DNA of 64,000 nucleotides from Naegleria gruberi (Eukaryota): NCBI GenBank assembly GCA_000004985.1, contig GG738918.1; one strand, 5' to 3'. Shown piece by piece: positions 56,601 to 64,000 of this stretch (position 1 is its first letter; each line of letters starts with the position of its first letter). The notes under the pieces were generated by a model. It saw only the letters and a program-made list of their open reading frames with translations, ran no database searches and was not told where the DNA came from. The position numbers and the translations under genes were made by a program.

Positions 56601-57093
56601 GAGTACACATTACCTTGGTTAGGTTATAGTGCTCTCCGTACTTTACATCAATCACAGTGGTAGTGAGTCCTTTGCCACTACATCTACCAGAAGGAAGAGG
56701 GCTGTCGTATCTACATTCAAATCCACTAATCACATTATTGATCATGAAGGATTTGCCATAACCAGGCTTGGCAAAGAACGAAATTACAACCTTTCCCTTG
56801 ATATTCTCGATTACTTTCCGCATTGCTTTGATGAAATTAGCACAATGCTTCATAACAACACCACTACTGCGATTATTATTGGTCGTAGTTTCAAAAAATT
56901 GTTCAACTTGTTCAAACAAATTAATCTCTGCTCTGATTTGATCATCTTGTCCTTTGAGAATTTTTTCTAGAGTTACCAACTCGCTCCTTCTCCTCTTAAT
57001 GGTTGAGAGAGAGGCGCTTGGAAGGGTGGCTAGTAAGGAAGAAGATGAAGACATGGCGCAGTTTTTTTTTATCTGGAATCCCCACATCATCAC
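53657..57093 (-). CDS. IRG/IIGP-like large GTPase (about 1150 aa) with a long coiled-coil C-terminal region and a basic tail. The reading frame is discontinuous near 56344-56362
   Basis: The upstream ORF 56344..57093 carries G1 FAKPGYGKSFMINNVISG, comparable to IRG GxxGxGKSSFIN. The downstream ORF 53657..56362 begins ...IIVRDMPGYDE, with DxPG as the IRG-like G3 motif. The two ORFs overlap in different frames (+1). No canonical intron of 40 nt or more fits. The closest GT..AG pair would be only 30 nt. Confidence 0.5.
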
Positions 57094-57610
57094 ACATTAA
57101 TCATTAACATTTAATTGTGTGGTGATAGAGAATTATATTAACAAGCTGAATACGATTTGATAGGAAAGCAAATTTATTAATAATATGATTGAGTTAGGAT
57201 TCGGAAATGGAGTGTAATTTCCTTAATGGAATTTCAAATAAGGGTTCGAAAAGGTGTTGCTTAATTACGTAAAAAATTCCATACATTCAATGTCAAGACG
57301 AAATAATGGATAAGGTACAGTACATCTACAATAACTACCAAAAAAAGTTATTAATGGTTATGGCATGGATTATGAGTGGTGACCATGAATATTCCAAAGT
57401 GAATGATAATGAAACTGATAAAAATACCTAATTATATTCCAAAAATTATAAGTATTATTTAAATCATGATGATGTGGTTAAATTCTCGGAGTTAATAGGT
57501 GTGAAATTACACCAAGAATCAATAGAGTGGTGATGGGAAAGCTCTCAAAATAAAAAAAAATATGAAAACAATTTGTGCTCATCTCACCACGATCGGAAAG
57601 CAAATTAATA

Positions 57611-60600
57611 ATGAATAATAATAATATGGGACATACAGCCTTTGAGTATTTCCAATTATTGGATGGATTGGGAAAGGTTGAGTCATTATGTACCTATTTA
57701 AATACCCTCTTTGTGGCAACAAATGATTGTTCTTTATCACGTTATATTATAATGTACTCTAGTGATAAAAAGAAGTTTTCTTGTTCATTGTACAATCAAA
57801 AGAAACAATTTACCAAGAAACCCGTAACTCAAATGTGTTCGGTATCTGAATTGGGAATGTTAATTTGTTTAACTGATGGGTGCATTAAATTATTTACATT
57901 GAGTATGATGAGAGAAATTGATACAATCAAAAATTCACAGGTTTGTATAATTGTTGTGAAATGATTGATTGAATTTTAAAGAATTCGAAAAGCTTTGCTC
58001 TTAAAAAACACAATGGAGAATTTACAATGGCAGTTGCTTCCAAGAAAACTATCTCAATTTTAAAGTATGATAGCAAAGAATCAACATTTAAATTTATACA
58101 AGAAGTGGTACTTTCAGATGAAGTGAAATCCTTGAATTGGAGCCGAGAAAAACTTTGTGTTGGTCTCAAAAAGGAATATTCATTAATTGATTTACAAAAG
58201 CTTCCCATAGGTCATCAAAAGGTAATGGATTATGTGAATCGAGTTCAACAAAATACTTTTGGATTGTCACTTCCAAATGAAACCGTTCTCTCTGTGAATA
58301 AGATAGGGGTATTTATCGACTCTTCTGGTTCAAAATGTAGATACATTACTTGGAGTGAGGTTCCAAACATGGTGGCTTATTTAAATCCATTTCTCATTGC
58401 AGTATTATCAGCAGGACTTGAAGTTAGAATTTTACATGATCAACTTACAAGTGAGACTCTGGTCCAGAATATTCCACTCAAGGATGAAATCATTGCAATG
58501 AGCCAGCAAAATTTCATAGATTTTGACAATCCACAAAACATTGACAGAGGTATGGGGGTTGGATCTACTTCTAGGGATAAGATTGATAGGGATGATGAAA
58601 TAGATCCATCAAATAGATGCTTCCTTGCATCTAAGGATGCCATTTATGTAATAGTCATGAAGCAATTTGATTACCAAGCTGGAGAACTCTTACATAATCA
58701 ACAATTCGAAAGGACTCTTCAAATCTGTGAAGCAGTTGAAAATAGCATCTACAAGTTGGAGAGTTGGAGAATTGAAGCTATTCACACAGAGTATGGTTTC
58801 TACCTTGTCACTAATGGTGATTTTGGAAAAGCTATGGTCCACTTCTCCAAGGGCAATGTTGATCCACGTATGATTATCTCTCTATTTCCTGATTTAATTC
58901 CAAGATCTATCGTGTATCGGGATTCATTTTTCCTACCTTACACACCAGAAGAGAAGCAAAAGATTGAGCTCTTCCTTGCAGATACTGAACAACGAAAAAC
59001 TGGCCTTCAGGCTCTCGTTCAATATTTACTTAATATAAGAAAAGATTTGGACAAGTACTTTATTGAGACAGTAGATACATCACTCTTAAAGGCACTTGTT
59101 TTAACAAATGATCCTCGCACAGAGGAATTCATTTCTCAACCAAATCATTGTAATATTTCAGAGAGTTTAAGCTTTATTCTATGTGATGACCAAAACTTTA
59201 GAGAGTTGGTTCTTTTCTGCAAGACTAAAGACTTACATGCAAAGGAACAGCAATTACTGAAATTATTGGAGGAAAAGGAATTTCTTCTTTCAATTTTGAA
59301 GAAAAATGGCTTGTCCCTTGAATACGCACCTATTTGCTACAGAAATGATAGAAAGATTGTTTTGGAAGCTTTCAAACAAAATGAAAAAGCACTTAAATAT
59401 GCATCCCAAGAATTAAAGGGTGATAAGATACTCAAATTACACACTTCCATTGTACATGTTGTAGATTTTGTTTACTTGGAAGAAGAAGGGCTCTATAATT
59501 TGTTATCCAAGACAATAGATTCGAATATTATCGGCTTTAATGATGATGAATCTGATAATGCATCTGAATTGCCTCCTTCAGAGTGTTCTTTAGAGTTTGT
59601 ACAGACTTGTATTGTTATTTGGATTTTAAAGCTTATAGGTGAGAACTACTTGCAGGTAGAAGCAAACATTACGGAAACAATTGACTATTTCCTATTTTGT
59701 ATGAACTTGGAAACCTTGTTAAAAGATCGTATCCAAAAGATCACCAAAAGAAGCAAACTAGTTGAAACAATTAATGATATTTCAAACGAATTTTCGTTTC
59801 ACGCTTACTCAGAGCACGAGTATAGCTCAATAATTTATTTGCTTTACAAAACGAACGGGAAAGATATCAAATCAATTTTATCAGAATATAGAAATACCAC
59901 AGGAACTACCCATAGAGTGCTTACAGCAGCTATTATTTTTAGAGAAAACTCTTCCTTCAAGCGCTATCATTTATTGTCCACGTTGGGTTATGGAGCTGAG
60001 GGGGTTGTTTTCAAAGCTTTCGATTTGGAGCTTAAAGAAACTTTTGCCATCAAAATCAAATTTGAATCAGAATATGATTTAGATCACACAAAAAAGAGAA
60101 TTGAGTTTTTAAAGCAAGATATTGAAGGTAAAATCAAATGTTTTGATTGTGGAATTATAGAGTTTGGACATTTAAAGACAAAGCATTTGTATACTATAAT
60201 GGAAATGGGAGATGAATCGCTTAGGAAAATAATAGGAAAGAATAATATTAATCAAAAAACAATGGAAAAGAGTCACTTAATTGAAATACTTGAGATATTT
60301 TCCAAGATTTTATATTCAGTTCAAACAATACACAATCACAACATTGCTCATAGAGATTTGGATCCAAATAATATTGTTAAAGTGAATGACACATTTAAAA
60401 TTATTGATTTTGATCAATCTAGAGTTGTGGAACTAGGAAAATCAATAACAATCAATGTTGGAAAGTATTCATATATGGCTCCAGAAGTTTCAGATAACAC
60501 CTACGAAGAAGAGAACCGTCAAGATTTAACATACGACTCAAAACTGATTCAAAATAGAGAGGTATCCACATCGTGTGATATTTTCTCTATGGGCTGTATT

Positions 60601-61119
60601 TTTTTGGAATTACTAACTAATTGTCCATTAAGATTGGACAAAGGATTCATCAATGGAACAGACCTCTCACTCTTCAATGAAAAGCATAGATATTTTACCT
60701 ATGATGGATTGTATTTTCACTCAGCAGTAGTTACATTGGAGGGAGAATTGAAACTCCATCATGCCATAAAATTGTGGATAGACAACCATATTAACAATCA
60801 ATTCGGAGTCAATGAGATAATAACAAGGTGTCTCATTTCAATGATACAGAGAAACGCCAAAAAGAGATTGGACTGTTTCACCTATAAGTTAATCATTGAT
60901 TCTGTGATCAATTATTTAAAAGGTGAAATTACAGACCTGAGCATGGCTATTGAGAATGAAATGAAAGAATTGCGTGAAGTGAGACCCTTGTTGAACTATT
61001 CTGAAATGATCCAAGAAAATTTCAATTTACAAAAAGATGTGGACATGCTGAGAAAAGAAAATGAAAAACTCAAGTTGGAGTTGGAAGAATTGAGAAGAGA
61101 AAATAAGAAATTACATTAA
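57611..61119 (+). CDS. CNH-domain (Vam6/Vps39/citron-like) + DUF4116 repeats + C-terminal Ser/Thr protein kinase domain + coiled-coil tail
   Basis: Two exons, about 57611..57940 and 58045-58066..61119, with a GTTTGT donor at 57941. The track start at 57575 is a GTG codon. The CNH-like segment is MGHTAFEYFQLLDGL...CIKLFTLS. The DUF4116-like segment is LSILKKNGLSLEYAPICYRNDRKIVLEAFKQNEKALKYASQEL. Kinase motifs are LGYGAEGVVFKAF...AIKI, IAHRDLDPNNI, IIDFDQS and YMAPEV. The C-terminus LRKENEKLKLELEELRREN is a coiled coil. Confidence 0.65.
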
Positions 61120-61314
61120 ATATCTAATTGATTACTGCATCGTGTAGGAATTAATACACTACATTTTTCTTTTCAGAAACGTGATCGCGATTTTCAAAGT
61201 TTACAATGCAATATTCACCTTTCAAAATAATCACGTTTCGAATAATAACAATTCTCATTAGACAGACCTTTCAATCTTTCTAATAATTTACGTAAAATAC
61301 AAAAAAATTCAAAC

Positions 61315-63693
61315 ATGTCTCTCCATAATAATTTGACAAGATGTCTTGTCATTTTCTGCTTGATCTTGAACCTTACTCAAGCGAATTTTCTGCTCGCATT
61401 CGAAGGTTCTGTTGGGACAGGCACATGTGGCTTCAAAGATGGTGTTCCAAAGGACCAAGCACTCATTGGAAAGGCAACTTCATTATTCGAATCTCTAGTT
61501 GGTGACCTGTACTTTTACGATACCTCAAACTTTCGTATAATGAAAGTTTCACAACAAGACAATCTTGTTTCCTCCATCATTGGCAATGGAAAGCTTGGTT
61601 ATACAGAAGATCATTGTCAAGCAGATAAATGTGGTCTCACATTCGTGGATGGAATCTCACTAGTTTCAGATAAAATCTTTTATTTTGATAGAATTATAAC
61701 ACCAACGAGTAGTACAAGAATTCTGAGAGTGGTTGGATCTTCTGGTGTAGTGAATACTATTTGGCAAGTTGACTATTGGTTTCCAACAATGAATGACAAT
61801 GAAAAGAGGACGTTTGTAGTGAGTGATGATGGAAAGTATTTATTCTTTAATCATGATAAGTTTATTTGGAAGATTAATTTGGCAAGTATGAAGATGGAGC
61901 TGTTTTATACTGAGCCTTTATCTAACAAGATTACAACGTTTACAATTTCAAGTAGTGGATTGATTTATTCAACTTTCAAAAATCAGTTTAGTTTCTTATA
62001 TAGAAGTTTCAATATGGATCCATCATCTGCCATTCTACTTACGAGTACATCTAACAACAATGATGCCTATCAAATCAACAAGGATTTGGGATTTGTTTCT
62101 CTTCCCAAATCAATTTATTGCTCTAACTGTATATTTAGTTCAATTCAAACTTATGGAAATACTTTCAATTTCACGTTTAGTTTGAATTTTCAAGCTGTAT
62201 ACGCAGGAATAGCAGATCAATATCTAGTCCTATTGAGAAACAAATATTCCAATAATAGAATTGAATTCTCCAATCTTGATAATGGTTTCTTTTTCATTAT
62301 TGATGATTGTAAGATTACAAAATCAGATTACACTTCCCTTAATCAAGGTTGCACTGCCAGTTGCTCCAATCAAGGAACCTGTGTTGGACAAATTTGCAGT
62401 TGCAATGATGGATGGTTGGGTGATTCAATTTGTTCCAAATTTACATGTGAAAAAGTTGATGGTTGTGGCTTGAATGGACATTGCATTGGACCTAATCAGT
62501 GCGAATGTAAGAAGGGATGGTCTGGTCCTAGTTGCAACGATTTTGATTGTTCGATGGCTAAGAATTGCAGTGGTCATGGCAAGTGTATTGGTTCAAATTA
62601 TTGTGAATGTCAATCGGGATGGCAAGGTTCTGACGATTGCTCTCAATTTTCATGTGAAAAGATTACGTGTCAGAATAATGGACAATGTAATGGTCCTAAT
62701 CAATGTGAATGTCCATCTGGTTACAAGGGATCTCCTGATTGCTCAACAGTTTCTTGTGAACTAGTTGGAAATTGCAATTCACATGGATCTTGTGTCGCTC
62801 CAAATACTTGTAAATGTAAGGAGGGATGGAGTGGTAATGACTGCTCTCAATTTACATGTTCTCCATCGTGTCAGAATGGAGGAGTGTGTACAGCTCCTAA
62901 TCAATGTAATTGTCCATCTGGATATAGAGGTAGTTTAGATTGTTCGAAACCTTCTTGTGAAGATCAGGGAAATTGTTATCTGAACGGAGAATGTGTTGGT
63001 CCAAATACTTGTAAATGTAATGTTGGTTGGCTTGGATCTAATTGTAAAGATCCAGATTGTCAATTATCATGCAATAATAGAGGAAAATGTTCGAAACCAT
63101 ACGAATGTGAATGTGAAGACGGATGGAAAGGAATCAATTGTGAAGTATTTAGCTGTGAAAAACTCAATAATTGTAATAGTGCTAATCACCATGGCTCATG
63201 TATTGGTCCAAATATTTGTAAATGTAACGAAGGATGGAAAGGATTTCAATGTGATATTCCAACTTGTGAATTGGTTAGAAATTGTTCGAATGTTGGCAGT
63301 TGTGTATCTGCCAATACGTGCTCCTGTCCTTCAAAAAAGTATGGATCTAGCTGTCAATTCGATTTCGATTGTTTTGGTTTGGCACCTGACAATCCAAGTG
63401 TTTGTGAAAGTAGAGGAACATGTGTAGGTCCAAATAATTGCAATTTTGGAGGTATTATTGCTTTCGTTGTAATATTCGTGATTCTTTTGGTAATTGTCTT
63501 TGTAGGAATTGTTAGCTTTATTCTGTTAGTTCTTTATAGAAAGCGAAAAAGAGAACAAAAGGAAGAAGAAAAACTCTTACAAAAGGCAATTTTAGCTGGA
63601 ACTATTATAGCAGCAGCTGAACAACTGGCATCAAACAATAATGACCCAATAGATATTGAAAATAGAAACAACAGAGAAGGCGAAGGTGTTTAA
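61315..63693 (+). CDS. Type I membrane protein with an N-terminal beta-propeller-like region and at least 11 tenascin-type EGF-like repeats
   Basis: The signal peptide is MSLHNNLTRCLVIFCLILNLTQA. The repeats have the form CxxxGxCxGxNxCxCxxGWxGxxC, e.g. CSGHGKCIGSNYCECQSGWQGSDC. The TM is IIAFVVIFVILLVIVFVGIVSFILLVLY, followed by the stop-transfer residues RKRKRE and a short cytoplasmic tail. Confidence 0.7.
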   Translation: MSLHNNLTRCLVIFCLILNLTQANFLLAFEGSVGTGTCGFKDGVPKDQALIGKATSLFESLVGDLYFYDTSNFRIMKVSQQDNLVSSIIGNGKLGYTEDHCQADKCGLTFVDGISLVSDKIFYFDRIITPTSSTRILRVVGSSGVVNTIWQVDYWFPTMNDNEKRTFVVSDDGKYLFFNHDKFIWKINLASMKMELFYTEPLSNKITTFTISSSGLIYSTFKNQFSFLYRSFNMDPSSAILLTSTSNNNDAYQINKDLGFVSLPKSIYCSNCIFSSIQTYGNTFNFTFSLNFQAVYAGIADQYLVLLRNKYSNNRIEFSNLDNGFFFIIDDCKITKSDYTSLNQGCTASCSNQGTCVGQICSCNDGWLGDSICSKFTCEKVDGCGLNGHCIGPNQCECKKGWSGPSCNDFDCSMAKNCSGHGKCIGSNYCECQSGWQGSDDCSQFSCEKITCQNNGQCNGPNQCECPSGYKGSPDCSTVSCELVGNCNSHGSCVAPNTCKCKEGWSGNDCSQFTCSPSCQNGGVCTAPNQCNCPSGYRGSLDCSKPSCEDQGNCYLNGECVGPNTCKCNVGWLGSNCKDPDCQLSCNNRGKCSKPYECECEDGWKGINCEVFSCEKLNNCNSANHHGSCIGPNICKCNEGWKGFQCDIPTCELVRNCSNVGSCVSANTCSCPSKKYGSSCQFDFDCFGLAPDNPSVCESRGTCVGPNNCNFGGIIAFVVIFVILLVIVFVGIVSFILLVLYRKRKREQKEEEKLLQKAILAGTIIAAAEQLASNNNDPIDIENRNNREGEGV

Positions 63694-63750
63694 ATCTCTT
63701 CATTCGAAACCATTATCTTGTAAAATATTAAACATATCCAAACTTATGAA

Positions 63751-64000
63751 TTAAAAAATAGATTTAAATTCATTAGTCTTGATGAATGATAGATCAGTAA
63801 TTTCTGGATAACCAAAAGCTGTTGGTCCAACAGTTTTCAATCCTTTTGGAGTGTGGAATTTTGGAGTTCCTCCCAAAACTAGAACAGAAATTCTGAATCC
63901 ATATCTGAGCTCTTCTGTTTGAATGGCCAAACCAGTTTGAGAATCGACTATGGAAATAATGTTTGGAACAATGGCAAGAGATTGAATACTTTCTTGAGGA
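63751..64000 (-). CDS. Partial gene (C-terminal 83 aa inside the window, 5' part runs off the right edge): conserved hypothetical protein
   Basis: The minus frame reads ...SLAIVPNIISIVDSQTGLAIQTEELRYGFRISVLVLGGTPKFHTPKGLKTVGPTAFGYPEITDLSFIKTNEFKSIF*. The stop codon is at RC 63751-63753. Confidence 0.4.
   Translation of the reverse strand, partial: PQESIQSLAIVPNIISIVDSQTGLAIQTEELRYGFRISVLVLGGTPKFHTPKGLKTVGPTAFGYPEITDLSFIKTNEFKSIF

Overview
This window reads as a gene-dense, AT-rich (about 30-35% GC) nuclear segment from a dictyostelid-like social amoeba, not a prokaryote. The evidence for this is: GTAAGT/GTATGT..AG spliceosomal introns, many of them only 40-47 nt long; long N/Q/S homopolymer coding tracts; and an intron-containing tRNA-Tyr. 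No CRISPR arrays, rRNA genes, transposases or reverse transcriptases are visible. I call about 35 protein-coding genes and 2 tRNA genes. The most notable features are: (i) two class-III nucleotidyl cyclase genes, one an ACG-like sensor cyclase and one a very large receptor-type cyclase with a tandem periplasmic-binding-protein/ANF-receptor-like ectodomain fused straight to a TM segment and cyclase domain; (ii) a head-to-head pair of paralogous sensor-TM-PAS-RGS receptor-like genes; (iii) a tandem pair of secreted paralogs with histone-H1-like K/A-rich and N/R/T-repeat tails, flanking an intronless kanamycin-nucleotidyltransferase-like NTase gene of bacterial type; (iv) an IRG/IIGP-like large GTPase whose reading frame breaks once; (v) a PaiB-like protein, a DUF1152-like protein, an AlkB-like oxygenase, an ORMDL protein, eS30, a cathepsin-D-like protease, a GH128-like glucanase, an NAGPA-like protein, a CNH+DUF4116+kinase fusion, and an EGF-repeat membrane protein. 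Splice junctions were derived by eye and may be off by 1-2 nt. The ORF track uses alternative start codons (TTG/GTG) in several places, and I moved those starts to the first plausible ATG.
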